The notes beneath the pieces are model-generated. The model saw nothing but the letters and a program-made list of their open reading frames with translations. It ran no database searches and was not told the DNA's origin. DNA of 55,673 nt, the filler included, from Catajapyx aquilonaris (lineage: Eukaryota): the NCBI GenBank assembly GCA_000934665.2. It is 2 parts of 2 records of this genome, joined end to end, with 100 filler letters (N's around TTAATTAATTAA, not from the genome) between each part and the next. Parts side by side here need not be neighbours in the genome. Positions count along the whole stretch, not along the records: positions 1 to 27,731 come from JYFJ02005011.1; 1 more part is not named here. One strand, given 5' to 3'. Position numbers and translations under genes: made by a program. The number at the start of each line of letters is the position of its first letter. Positions within the stretch are counted from its first letter, which is position 1. Below are positions 1-13,600 of the stretch, piece after piece.

Positions 1-420
1 GGGGGGGGGGGGGCGGAATTACATGTGCCCCACGTCCACTTGAACTCATAATATGGAGCAATTTGTTTTACAACATTAAATTTAGTTATCGAGATATTAA
101 TATTAAATTAAAGGATAGTAAAATCACATTCAGGCGACATAAGCCTTTTCCCTTGCATGCATGTATTTCCGGAACTGCACCAAAACTCATATGAAATTTG
201 ACACATTTGTTTTTGAGATAAAGTGCTATGGTGTAATGCATAAACCTTATTGAAAAGTACAGTCACCTTTACACAAAATCTCCCATCTTCCATATTCTGG
301 TCCAAATTCATATACTTTTGCAATTAAGAGCTACTTGTATTGATTGAATATTAATGCAATCTTTAATAAGGTACCGTACTGTACTTGTACCAAATAAGGC
401 GCAAAATAAGGAAATTTTGC

Positions 421-492
421 TATTTATTTATTTATTTTTATTTATTTATTTACATACCCCTTGCTCAGGCCTGTAGCCCTGTTTCGGGGGAC
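421..492 (-). mobile_element. 3' end fragment of a retroposon (LINE/SINE) with (TAAA)n tail
   Basis: On the - strand it reads CCCCCGAAACAGGGCTACAGGCCTGAGCAAGGGGTATG then (TAAA)n, the same C-run / short stem / GGGGTA / tail layout as the SINE 3' ends in this window. No TSD or head identified. Confidence 0.4.
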
Positions 493-698
493 ACATATAT
501 TCCCAATTTCTACATTACAGCATTAATAGGGTTTGTGTTTTCTACTTAACTCTTGATTAATACATTGCAAACTTTATCCTTTTGTTTACATTATGAAAAA
601 AAGAAAATAGACAGAAATTATGTTTTTTTGGTTATATCTTGAAACAGAAGATGGAAAGAAATGTTACTATTTCGCGCCTACTATTTTTTCTGTCAATA

Positions 699-1060
699 CA
701 GTAGAACCGCGATTATCCGTCATCCACGGGACTGGGGCATGGTCGGAACACAAAAAAGGTAGGATAATCAGAGGAGCAACAAAAAAAACTTCAATGAAAT
801 ACAGCAAAAAACATGTAAAAACATAAAATACTGTGTTATGGCTTTCTGAGAAATAGTGAAATGTTTATTTTTTACATACAGAGTCTATTGTTCTGTATTT
901 ACAATTTAACTAAGGTAACACAAAACAAAATCCATACGTACGTAGTACAGTCCAGTCCAGTATTTGATGAGAAAACATCTATTTATTGCTGGTGAAAAAA
1001 GTCTCATATGACCAGGAGTCGGATATTCAGAGGTCGGATAATCGGGTTTCCATTATACTG
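699..1060. mobile_element. Tc1/mariner-pogo-type MITE with degenerate TIRs
   Basis: TA|CAGTAGAACCGCGATTATCCG at the left and CGGATAATCGGGTTTCCATTATACTG|TA at the right. Imperfect inverted termini, TA flanks, internal copies of GGATAATC/GGATATTC. Confidence 0.65.
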
Positions 1061-2108
1061 TATATGGCGATATGCTTACCTTCTGTAAACGACTCCCTTT
1101 CTGGTACATAATATTATTTTGGTTCCGTTAAGTGGCCTGTCACGGCTGGGAAAATTTTTGGAAGTTAATGTCATTCGAGTCGGACCATCTGACCTAAGTG
1201 CATGAGAGTTTCGACCACGAGGTTAAACAAAGTAGGGATTAAATAACCAGGATCAGCTTTATGGCTGCAAGCATAAGCATAACAATATAGGTTAGGCGTA
1301 TGGCATTGAAAGAACTGATAAGATGTGGCATTTAACTGCAATTACTGTATTAGCAGATTTAGATTTACCCTAATACCCGAATCAGGTCAATTACTGAGTG
1401 CTGTGCACTAGTAAAAACTAGACTTACGCATCACAATTTTAATAGCTGCTAATTCATAGCTATTAAAACAAATAATCAGCTTCGATTAGCATCCTAACGC
1501 TTCAATGTATATACGAATGAGCATGGCATTATAATATTTTATCACTTGCGTCTATAGTCTCTAGTGTACTCTAAGCTATTCTAGAATATAATCCGCTACT
1601 TTTTGAATATTTGTATTAGCTGCTCTTTGTATACCTATTGTAGCATTAATGGACTGATTTTGAGCATGCCGCTAATTATTTTAAAAAAGAAAAGCCCATA
1701 GAGCTGATTGCTGTAACTTTGAATAATGAACTTGTGTTCGTAATGCATGAGGATTTACGGTTCTAAATTGTGTTTTTATTAGAGTACAAGATCTATACGT
1801 ACAATAGAGTCAGTCCTGAAGTGTTTTAAAATAATATATTAATCAGACAACCTGACAACAATCTGAGCACGCAATATCAATTTACGGCACAAGCAGACAT
1901 GAGAGCCTTATTAGGAGAACAGGCCGTCCAAAAAAAAAAAACTTTTACAAATGGTTTTGTTCAGTTTTGGCAAAAGGACTTCATCATAAAAATTAAAAAT
2001 TATATGCTTGTCTAGTTGAAGCGAAGGGATTGGCTTGTAATAGTTGTAAATCCTCGAGTTAAGTAGTTAGTAGGAGAAAATTATATTTGTGGTCATTTTT
2101 GGTACTGG

Positions 2109-2109
<1 letters not shown>

Positions 2110-2156
<47 letters not shown>
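2110..2156. repeat. (TTA)n microsatellite
   Basis: Uninterrupted TTA run of about 15 units. Confidence 0.95.
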
Positions 2157-4421
2157 GCTGCTACTACTACTAATGTGCATGAAGGAATAATGCCGTTAGC
2201 AATAGCAAAATTGGAGAAAATTGCAATGGTGAGCGGCAAAATTGGAGCAGACCGAGATAAAAGCCGAATAATGCAGAGTTAACTTCCATTATGCTCATTT
2301 CGCATATATATACGTGCGGTACTTCTGTTTAGGATCCTATTATTCAGCTCCTTTTTTCACCCGGTTGAACCAGAAATGAAATTCACGTTTTCCATACAGC
2401 CCACCCACCTCAGACGTAATAAAGGCTCCACCACATGCTGCCCCACAGCTTAATATTGAGTTAGTTCGTTGTCTCGAATTAGTTTATTTACATGGCCAAT
2501 CGTAACATTGCGCATATACAGTACTATAGCTTTAGGTAAGAACTTAACGCACTGTCATGTGCTACTTCAAATGGAATTCAATATTACACCATTGACAGAG
2601 CAAGTCTCCTTTGGAATAGCTAAATTTGCTGTGCGTCTGGTGTGTTTGCAGGCGAAGTTTCTGCCTAGACAGGTTACCAACTCTCTCCGAGAAGAGTTGG
2701 TTTTGGTGTAACGGTGCTAAATTCGATTTACTCTGCCTGTAAACATTTGCTCAGGTTGGTAAGTTAATGTACTTTGCAGTAGCTGGGCTTTCCGTTGGAC
2801 ACTCTGAAATGCGTCGAAATGCAAACGGACTTTTCTCATAACACGATGTGGATGTAGGATGGACCTGCCATAAATCTGGTTTTTCCCTCTAAGGAGGAAG
2901 TATATTTCGTGAGAGTAATCAAGTTACGCAGTTCACTAACCTTTTACTAGTCATCTAAATGTGTTTTCGTGGCTATATGCTGATGAACATCAGGCAATGT
3001 TAATGTTTCTCATCTTTAGATCAATCGCATTTTACCCACACTTTAGGAATTTCTTGTATCAATCTTATTGTACTTGTGGCAAAGGTAATTAAATTTTTTT
3101 ATTCCACTGCAAATACCAACTTTGCGAATTAAACCCCTCATCGTAGCACGAAGCAGAGAAAATGATGACGTATACATGTACATATGTGAGGAAAACTGCT
3201 GTTATAGAGATTTTAGAATACATTTTACAGTAGAAATCTTTAGAGGTTAAAACCATCGATTCGAGTGGCGGTAGAAAATGTTCATATCAATTTCTTGTGA
3301 TAACTAGAGACACTATAACTTAGAGATCCGGCAACTGACACCCTGGTCACCAATTCATGCCCATTTTTGCAGAAATTTATTTGTTCACATCATGTTTGTC
3401 ACATGAGTGTATTGATTGCATTTTGACATATAAAATAGACAAACTGCTTCTGCTGCCCAGCCGCTGTGTAATTCACACTCTTCAAAAAGTTAGAACACTT
3501 GACTCAAGAAAATGTTTAAAATTATTTTTACAAAATGTCATAGACTGACACGCACTACATGTAACCATGGCGACGGAGGCTATGTTGGGTATCGATACAA
3601 TACGGCATCCACGAAGGAGGCCAATCAGCTTCCGTCTTGAGTTGACGGGTTTCTGACTAAGTTACAGGGTTTCTAGCCATGACAAAGGGGCTTACAACAA
3701 TACAATCATGACTATTAGGGCTACTAGTATGATAATATGCCTTAAGGGTAGAGAAACTCTTAATCAGAAATGGTTTGATTTTATAATTTGCCATTATAAA
3801 TGCAGCACTACATTTAAGCCATTGTCGTGTAAGCCTACAGGGCTCAGGCTAAATACATTTTTCTAAGCCTTCGTATTAATGTTTTCACACATTAAAATTG
3901 GAGTATAGTATACTGTACTGTATATGTAACGAAATTAGAGCACAAAATCATTTTTATCGCAATTCCTAACCTTTCATTATTTTATAAGTGTATCCTTCAA
4001 GTCCAAACATGTCCAAAAAGACGGATGCTCAATAATTACACCAGCATTGAATATTAAAAATAAAACTAAGGGCCTATTGTGTGAAAAAAATTAAGGAGAT
4101 TGTTTTGTCACATTACACCATATAATAAATGTGCAATTATTTGTTCCTGGACATAAAGTGTTGTTTCCTAATTATTGCTTGTGCCTCAAAAAAATAAAAA
4201 AATGCTATTATTCCTCACAAACGTTGCTTTTGTCACGATGACAAAATATGGCCCATTTTCTCATTGGAAACAGGAATTTCAAAATCGCTGTGATTCCAAA
4301 ATCAAAGTTTGTGAGAAATAATTGACATTTTCTGTATTTTTGAAGCATGAGCAATGAGTAAATAACACTTACTCCCTAGGAACAAAAATTGTGTTACTTA
4401 CGATAATAGTGTTATGCACGA

Positions 4422-4709
4422 GGGAGGCGTGGTAGTCTAGTGGTTACGCCACTGGCTAGCCAAGCGGGAGGCCGGGGTTCAAATCCCGTCCCCGTCACCT
4501 CTGCTTGGCCTGGTCTTTTTCCGCTTTTCACCCGACACGCCGGGGCAGCATTGCACTCCCTTAGCTGCCCGGGGCCAGAGAAAAGGTCTGGTGTATCTGA
4601 GAGAGTCGTGAGTGACTATAAACCGAGGATGCCCCCCCTTGGGAACCTTCCCCTCCCCACAAAACGAGCCGAACGGCTCGAACACGGGGTACTTATAAAA
4701 AATATAAAA
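4422..4709 (+). mobile_element. tRNA-derived SINE (family A)
   Basis: Pol III A box (TAGTCTAGTGG) and B box (GGTTCAAATCC), A-rich tail, flanking near-direct repeats AATAGTGTTATGCACGA (4405-4421) and AATAGTGTTAATGCACGA (4710-4727) as TSD. Confidence 0.88.
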
Positions 4710-4745
4710 AATAGTGTTAATGCACGATGCACATATAAGTTACAT

Positions 4746-5078
4746 TTTTTTAACGTTACCCCGTGATAAGGCTGAGCCTTTTTAGGGGGGTGGGATACCA
4801 CCATTTTCACTCCTTAACTTCATACACCGGTGCAAGGAGACAAGGATGTAGGGTAGGGATAGGGATTTTTGGGGAGGGAACATAGGTGCAAGTGCAATGT
4901 CGGTAAAGGGGTCATGTGCTGTCCCCCAGGATGTTATTAGGTTGCCAGACACCTCCTTGGTGCAGGTCAGAGACCCTCCTGACGCAGGTGAAAGGAAAGT
5001 TCCCCAGGCGGGGATCGAACCTGAGGCCTTTCACTCAGCAAGCCGTGACGTTACCATCACGGCCACCACACCTCCCCC
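4746..5078 (-). mobile_element. tRNA-derived SINE (family B)
   Basis: - strand head has A box TGGCCGTGATGG and B box GGTTCGATCCC, poly-A tail, TSD ATAAGTTACAT (4735-4745 and 5079-5089). A highly similar second copy lies at 19383-19721. Confidence 0.92.
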
Positions 5079-5872
5079 ATAAGTTACATAATAATTGCAT
5101 TAATACAACCGGTCCTAAGACATTCGACATTAGCATAACCACATCTTCTTAAAAATTACCATTAATTTATTATGACAACAACATAGGAATGATGCCTGAG
5201 CATTGTCTCCTCAAACTACCTGAAGTTGGCTACTTACATAGTTTGACTAGCAGAACAGGGCAGCATGAGGAACACCATTGTCATGGTGGTAATTTTGATT
5301 AGTGGCCCTCCTCCTGCCCCTGTTCCTGGGGTTTACCAAAGACTCGAGGTCTAAAGTTGTCCACTTGTATAAGTTTCTCTTTGGAGCTGCACTGAGGTTC
5401 TTTCAACTCATCCCCTCCCATGTCCCTACCGTCTAATAAATTCAGCTCCGTCCTCCAACCCTTGCTAGGTGAAAGGATTAATTTCAGAGGCAAATGCAAA
5501 GTACTTGAGCAGTAAATTGGTCTAGAAATCCACTCGTCCTCCCCTTAGTTTTTTAACCCCCCCCCCCCTCTCTCTCTCTTCTTTTTTCCTTCTTTTACAC
5601 TGCTCCTCTTCTATCTTCCCTCGTTTTCGTGCAGCATCAGCACCTGCCCCTACCCTCCAAACTCGGGGAGACCCTTTTGAAAATTAATTAAGCAGACGCC
5701 TCTTAAAGACATAGTTGAGCGAACATCCGTCACCTGCGCCTGACCAGCTGTTGCTGAGTCCGGTTGCGGCCACAATCGCTTCGGAAGGATTCCACCAGAA
5801 GTGAAGTGCGGCACAAATGGTGCTCTCTGCTGCTGTGCTGCTGCTGCTAGCAAAGGCCGAGTTGAGTTAGAT

Positions 5873-5942
5873 AGGGAGAGAGGGGGGGGGGGGAGAGAGG
5901 AGGAGGAGGAGGAGGAGGAGGAGGAGGAGGAGGAGGAGAGAG
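5873..5942. repeat. 70-nt pure purine tract containing G12 and (GAG)14
   Basis: All bases are A/G; GAG units run 5897-5938. Confidence 0.95.
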
Positions 5943-7542
5943 CGCATTCTCCCAGAGCATCGGTGGAGTCAAAGGGAAGCAGCTGTACAGCACTACTACT
6001 TCCCTTCTCCACTAGAGATTAATGAAGTTTCCAACTCTCAAAAGTATTGACGTAGAGTACATGTACACTTGCATCAGGTTTTAGTGAAAGTGGTTGGAAC
6101 CAAAAACTTCTAACTGGACTCATTTTGAGAAGGGGGTGTGACAATTTTTTGTGAGTGTAACCATCATGTTAAGTTTCTGACAACTATTGCTAGGTTATTG
6201 CAGTCTAAAAATGACAAAATTGTCTGAGAATCTACACACTTGATGATAAAACTTATTGACTAAAACGTTTTTCATTTATTTCCTCCTTGCAGTATGTCGG
6301 GGAGATATGTCCCACCCTATTAAGTGGAATACAGAAAGATGAGATATGACATATGAGGATTGGTAGAACCACAATATACAAAAACTTACGTTACTGCACA
6401 AAAAAAACAGGTCAATCACTAAAAGAGAGCTGCAATTTATCTATTTGAATGCAAAATTGTACTGTTTCAGCACATGTGGCCTTATAGAGTGCGCACTTGC
6501 TTGGGATGTTGCCCTCGTTTACAATACTATGCTATTATTGATACAACCATAGAATAGTAGTGACTTCACAATGGGAAAACAATGACTGTCAATAATGCAA
6601 CTAAAATTGAAGGCTTCGCTACTATTATCTGGTTGCATCAATAACATGTAGCAACGCTGCGGCGTTGCCAAATATGATGTTGACTGAAGTTGAGTAGGCG
6701 CTGCTTGAGATGGCAGTTAGAATTTATGCATTATGCAGGCATTATTTTTTCAGTGGTTAAGCAAGGTTTTTTTCATCTTCAAAGCTACCTGATTTGAAAG
6801 CGTTATTTACAAAATAATTAGTTCCTTTTGCTCATTACTGACAATATATGCATGTTGTTGGGGTTGACAAATGTGTCGTAAATTTTAAGCATTTTTTTAC
6901 ATTTATTGTGGGCATAGATTTGACGCTTCACTTGCTAACGGCGTTATTAGTATACAAGTTCAATTCCATCGTTGCCATAATATTAATATGTCGTTGCATC
7001 AAAATTTCGAGTTCATTCAGCCTGCTTAGCGTAAAAAGTAAGGCAGTGACTAGATGGGGGTCACTCGGGTCACACTGGGCTCCCACTTCTGCTCACTTCT
7101 TTCAAGCCGTATCATCCACAATGCCCACCTGGATCTTACTTGCCAGTAAAGAACTCGTCATCTGCAGCTGATCTTTGGTCAACCCTGGGTTTACGTAGGG
7201 CAGGTACGCTTCAGGAACGAAACAATAATATAGGCCTATTTTATGGTCTGACTAGCCAAAGAACTCAGTTCATTCTGCAGATATCCCTCCTCGGAAAGCC
7301 CCAACCTGACCACCTCTACCGTCAACCAGCTACATCTTTCGCCTATAAGGTGGGATTGTTCTGTTGGGTTTTAGTCTATATCATGATGGAATTAATAAAG
7401 AAGCTGTGGCATTCTGAAAGCTTGCAAGGCCAGTCTTAGCCTGCCTCTTGACCGTTAGCAGGTTTTATATACTACATCTTGATCTTTCTCTATGGTCTTG
7501 ACACAGCCAGTAGGACACTGTACCCTGCATATACCAGCCACA

Positions 7543-7692
7543 ACCGAAGCATAGTGGTGGAGTGGATATGGTGTCCGACTGCTAATCGGGAGGTTCTGGG
7601 TTCGAATCCCGGAGGCCGGCGCGGCGGTCCTGACCTTGGTTTTCTGTGGTTTTCCAAGGTCGCCCCAGGAAAAATTCATTTATATAAAATAC
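7543..7692 (+). mobile_element. tRNA-derived SINE (family C), short copy
   Basis: A box TGGTGGAGTGG and B box GGTTCGAATCC, head matching the element at 40232-40547, TSD ATACCAGCCACA (7531-7542 and 7693-7704). Lacks the 3' half of the longer copy. Confidence 0.85.
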
Positions 7693-10600
7693 ATACCAGC
7701 CACAGTATTGCTAACCCAAAACACCATATTGATAATAATTTGATTTCATACGACAATTTAACGTCATAAAGTGATTTAAAACGGGTGTCCATGGAAATAA
7801 TAGGGCATTCAGTAGGCGATACATTGTTGTGATCTCAGATGACCTTGGAGGCCAAATCTGATGTTACTCCGACCCCCATTTTCCGATCAAAATTATTAAA
7901 GAAGTTTGAATTGCAAACTTCAACACAGTCCTTGAAGGTCCTACTACCACATTCCTGGTTTAAAAAACCATAAATAACTTATATTATTGTGCCGATTGCA
8001 AGTCATTTGTGCAACAACTGGGAATGTTCATTAAATCTAGAGTGTAATGCAGCTGAAATTTAACTTCTAAACTGCCTCTGATAAATCCTGAAGCTAATGC
8101 ATATGCCGTATTCTAAGTGCCCTGTTACCGATACACCATTTTTCTATTTTACCTTCATATTACAACTTGAATGTTGTAATCGTATTTTGTGTTCGGGCTG
8201 GTATTAATAGGAAAAGCGCAACTGGGCAGTAGTGATAAGCTTGAAAATGGCGGCAACAGTTTATTTCCAAGTAGGAGACGAGGTAAAAGAGGGATGGCAA
8301 ATGTGAGATTGTGAGAACAAAAAGAGTGTCTCCCTGAACCCAGCACGCGTTAGCCTCACTGATTCATGACCATTCCCTGCAGTTTGACCCCAGCCTTCTC
8401 CCCCTTCCTATCCTGACCATACAACGCGGGCCTGTGGCCACTGTCCTTTGGCTCCCAGGAGAGATTTATAATGTGTTCTGTCCGGGAATGGGAAGCTGCG
8501 CTTGGGCTATACAGATTAGCCCTACATGTGCTTTTCCCCCCAAACTTTCAGAAAATTAGTTGCCTTGATGTAGGTGGCCATTTGTTTGAACGGACGTGTG
8601 AGGCTCCAACTAGAGATTGAGGTGTGTATAGTAACTTATGAAATGCTATTAATGGGATATTGTACAATTTCTTACCTGCTCAGGGATTCCAATGTCCTTC
8701 GTGGCACGAGGGAACTCCACTTGTAGTGCAATAGACAATTTGTTCATTGTAATGATTGTTCATTGCAATGATTAGCAGTGCATCCTCCTCCGCCCAAAAA
8801 GAGTTAATAATCTTTATAGCTAAAAGGAAAATGTACTCAGCATAATCCCCATGCCTCTACGACTGATTTCCCAGAATGAACTGAAAGGGGCCAGATCTTC
8901 TCTTGCAGCCATTTTGTATTCAGTGTATTGCAACTGGGTTAGTTGGGATAAGCAATCAGCAACTTCATCCCCCCCACTCCCCGCCCACCCCACCCCTCTT
9001 CAACTGGCAGTGCACCGTATTTAATTTATATACTTGGTCAGTACTTTGGAGAGCTTCAACTTGTGAACTGCACAGATCTCCGGCACACCTATACTCCGCT
9101 TGAACCATGGAACATAATCCATCCGGAGGGCATAGCTATAGCATACTGTATAATCTCTTGTCGGATACAAATTTTTCATCATGTTCAGACGCTTTTCTTT
9201 TCAGCCTACTTCTAGTTTTGTTGTATTGCAGTCATTAGCAAGTTATGGTATGTAGGCCTATAATGTCACAGAGTATGCATTGCTGGCAAGTCATGGCTTT
9301 GGTTTGTTCATCGGCATAGCCTGTAACACCTGTAATGCCACCTTTAATGTTTTCCTTTCCATGTGCACAAACAGTAGCCTAGCGATTAATTCATATTTTT
9401 TTTTGTACCTAGTACCTCTTAATAATAAGCAATGTTGAACAGTAGAGTTTTTCAGAATAAGGCAGGCAAATTCCAGGAAGAAAAATCCATTTATCTTGAG
9501 GTGCCCCTACATTGCCCCTACATAGTGTGCTCGTATGATGCCTGGGAGAACACCCTAGAAGTTTGTATGAATTAACATAATTATGTATCCCCCTGTAGAA
9601 TTGGACACCATGTTCATTATTTGAAATCACCATTTTAATCAGTATCATCTAAAGTGCCCTAACATGTGAAAATTTATTTCCACATCCAGAATTGTGCAGC
9701 TTGCTTTTATAACTGTTTCCATAATAGAAATAATATCCGGCATTTTTCTTCCTACCTATTTCATTGCAATTTTCCCCTCGTGCCGACTATAACCTAATTT
9801 ATTGGTTTGCACTCTGAATTGTAGTGGAACGAAAGGAGAATGCTAATGGAGATGAGATCCCGTCTTAAGGCCCTTGCAGCTTCCTTTCATTTTCAATCCC
9901 TCTTTATTAATGAAATTTCCCATTCGCCCTCTGTTTCCGGTATGGCGGTTAATCTCCCTCAGCGCATTAATCCGGAAATTCCGCAGATATTTCTCCAATT
10001 CATCCATGGGGGTCAATGCAGCAACATCTTTTGAATGGCAGGGTAGCCTGAAATAATTTAAATGCCTTTAGCGCAGTTAATGCGGTTAAACCCAGGCCGG
10101 AGCCATTCTGTAAATTCGTGACAAGAGTTCAGAAAAGAAAAATGAGTCCGGCAGTCGAAAAAAAAGCGCTCCCACCTTCAGGGCTTATAATGGGCGAATT
10201 TTTTTCGTCCGCCAGCGGTGAAGGTAATGTGGAGTAATGTATTGTTGAGTCTCCATGTGGAACTCGAGGAATGAAGGGCGATCGCTCGGTCAATCCCCAC
10301 AGTTGTCAATATGGCACGACACGTGAGTGAAAAATGGTGGCAGGGTTTTGAAAAGCTTCATGCCTCAAGCCCAGCACTGTAGTCCTTGCTCAGGCCCAGA
10401 CATGAACTGACGTGATCCTAACGAGCTCACCTACAGCACAAGCTCATAATGCGAATAATCTGTACCAGGGCATAAGCCTGCACGCATTTAGTTCAGGTAC
10501 CGTATAATGCTGTATTTTCATTGCATAGTTGGGGCCTCTCTGCTCCAAATGATCACGAATATGCTCAGGTATCATACATGATATAATTATGATGCCCAGG

Positions 10601-13600
10601 TGGGAACAATATGAATAAATGACAATTGCAACTACCGTATTGCTAAAATGCAATACTCATCAGTAAGGTAATAATATAAGAACACTAATAAACGTGACGC
10701 TCAAGTTCCAAATATTTTAATGAACGTGAATTCACACCAGTCGCGACAATATTCCTTATTGGAGACAAACAGCCAAACATTTCCATACAGAAAGAAATCG
10801 AGTTATCATGCAGTCAGTGTCCTGAAATTCAGACATTAATTTCGCCCTCTCTGAGCATATCCATTGGTATCAAAAATAATTTTGATGCCAGCCATGTCAT
10901 GCGAATGGTCCCCTATTGTCAGGTTTCGTGGTGTTCAAGTCCCTTCATTCCTTCACATAAAAGGATAAGAAGAGCGGCGCTGGCGCATGTATAGGATAGA
11001 AAAGCCCAAGAAACGGAACCGTCTGCACAATTGGGATGAAAGAGCAGGCTCGTGTCGGAAGGAAAGGGAAGTAGTATATATAGGTAGGAGGAAGGGCAGG
11101 ATTTGATCGATTGAATGCAGCCGCAAGAGCCCTACCTCTGTCTCTTTTGGTGTGGACTGTGACAGGATAGAGTGGAAGAATGAGGAGACGTGCCACACTA
11201 GTTATTCTCTGCCAATTGAAGGAGTGTATAAGGGCAAAAATTATTTCCGAAAGCATCCACACTCATATCCTGAATCTGATGGTGGAAATGTTTAATATTT
11301 TAATTATAATCTGTAAATACCTCCAGGTTACAATGTACATACTTCAAAGATTTACTTTTTACTGTACAGCACACATGCCCTTGTGCAAGAGTTCATTTCC
11401 ATATTGCTTAGACTAGTAATATACTGTTTAAACAATGCCCGACAGGTATGTAATTGTTAACTACGTCTATAATAAAACTGTTTACACGTGGGAAACAACA
11501 CCATACAGCGCAGAAAACCCCTTAAATCTATAGAATTTGATGTAACGAAAGGATGCTATATTCCAAGTGCGAGGAAAATGCGTCCAATAGAATCCGGGAT
11601 ACAATGAGTTCCCCGAACAAACTCCGCCTCAACCCCAGCCAATTGTACTTCACACTCTAGCCAACAAAACTTCCTCGGATACACTCGAGGCCTCTACAGC
11701 ACGTGAGTGATCCCGTCCAAAATGAAAACACAGACAAACCGTAAATGGCATTTCCTGCCAAAGGTAAGTTTGGCACATCTCTCTCAGAAAGGGTGGATCG
11801 ATTATTGGTTTCATTCTGAAGGATACAGCGGCCTATATGTTTCAGGAGGAGCTGTATAGCGATCATACTGTATATACGATATACAGGGTGATCCAATAAG
11901 AAAGGAACACTAATCTTCTTGCTATAGTTGATTTATCTTTCTGCCTTATTCAGAAGTAACCATGTTGTATTAAGTTATTTGTGGAAGTTGATTGTAACCG
12001 CTACATTAATTGCACTAGTATTCTGTCCAAGCCAATTGTGTAGCAAAAAACTAAGTTATAAAGAATGTTGTTATTCTTCAAACCTTCCATGAAGCTCCTC
12101 AATGATCATCATGTATGACACTGTATTATGACAGTTATTGCAATATTATTATCTTTGCGGCCATGTTTGTACTTCCTAAATAATTATGATTAATTATTTC
12201 ATTTCATTTTATTTAACTTTATGGTTAATATGATGTATAGGCCTACTCTATTTTCATTTAAATTTGGCAAGTTTACGGTTTGTTTTTCTACATGGTATGC
12301 TAATCCGCATACCGTTATATGTGTATTAGTACGGGGGAAAGGAAATAGCTCCCACAGCATATCTGTGTGAAGTATCCTCATAGGGCATGTATTTGATGCA
12401 GGTGATCAAATGCATACTAACTAAGCATACATTAGTAACATGCGTCAAACAGAAGCCGACATCTGGAGTGTAGCATATGAGCGTAGCTTAGCAACGAAAC
12501 AGGATCCCACACTTAATTACGTGCCTCATGGGAAGAAGCGCAAAAAGGTCTCTTTTGTTTCTCATGGAGCTTGTCGGCACACATTTCATTATAGAAATAC
12601 TTACGAAGATGTGTTCCGCGTGGCATTGGACTGTAGTGTAGCTCACATAAAATGCTGGAGCATAATTACGTGCCGCATAAAACTGATGCCGGTATGCCTC
12701 GTTGAGTAGTCCTTCACGTGAACCTCATAATATTTTCACCAAGAGGCGCATAAGCAGCAGAAAATGGGCACTGTAGATTGCACTATCCTCTAGTCTACCC
12801 ATTCAAAAGTACCGTATATAGAGTGACTGCAAAATGTGCGCACTTTCTATCGGACTTAGTTTCTGGCTTGGAAGAAACTGCTATAGGAGATTTCTGATCC
12901 GGTATACGTACAGAGGTATTGTATTGAACAATAAATAACCTATAGGTTCGAGAGAAAGTGCGGCCATCTGGTACAGTATATTGTAGCGGTGATGAAAATG
13001 CGTCCCATACACACGAGAGAGATGCTGCAGGGACAGATTTGGTAGATATCACCAACCGTCCTCAAGTATAACCCTAACTATCCCATTAAAAGTGAAACAA
13101 CATATACAGAAAGAGGCTCATAATCCCAACTTATATCTAGAAAAAAGTGAATTTTTTACTTCTTCTAATGACGCGAATAAAGACTAACAACATGACTCGG
13201 CAGGAAAAAAGTCCTGTAAAAACTGGATGTATAGCAGAGAGATGCAGTGTTTACGAGAGAGTTGCAAAAGGAGCGCATCCACTTGAGCGAAGCAAATGGG
13301 GCTTGCAACCGCCTGCAAAGAGACGGATGCCTGCAGAGACGGAACAGAAGTGCACCTTTTCGGCTGAATAGGAACCACACGGGTGGGCTTCACTAGTTTG
13401 TTCCCCGGGTCGATGAGGTCTCCGAAAAGACCTCCTGGCCAGACCTAGATCCGGTTACTTGGGTCTTGCGGCCACGCTTTTTGCTTCCCAAGTCTTGCCG
13501 AAAATGGCTGAATCTGGTGGCACTCGCTTCCACTCAGTAATGCCAAGCGAATGAAACTCATAGCCCAATAACCTATTCCAGGTTGGTAATTATGTTACCC

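Noticed and set aside
4422..4500. tRNA gene calls for the A/B-box sequences here and at about 5000-5078, 7543-7620, 19640-19721, 40470-40547 and 48570-48649
   Set aside because: No convincing cloverleaf acceptor stems; each continues into a body and tail and is flanked by a TSD, so these are SINE heads.
5650..6022. Poly-Ser and poly-Glu ORFs
   Set aside because: Products of the (GAG)n microsatellite; no exon structure or homology evident.
9840..10330. TAAT/ATTA-rich enhancer-like stretch
   Set aside because: Motif density alone cannot be distinguished from chance without conservation data.
11883..11910. TA|CAGGGTGATCC, a Tc1-like terminus
   Set aside because: No matching inverted end found nearby, so no element can be delimited.
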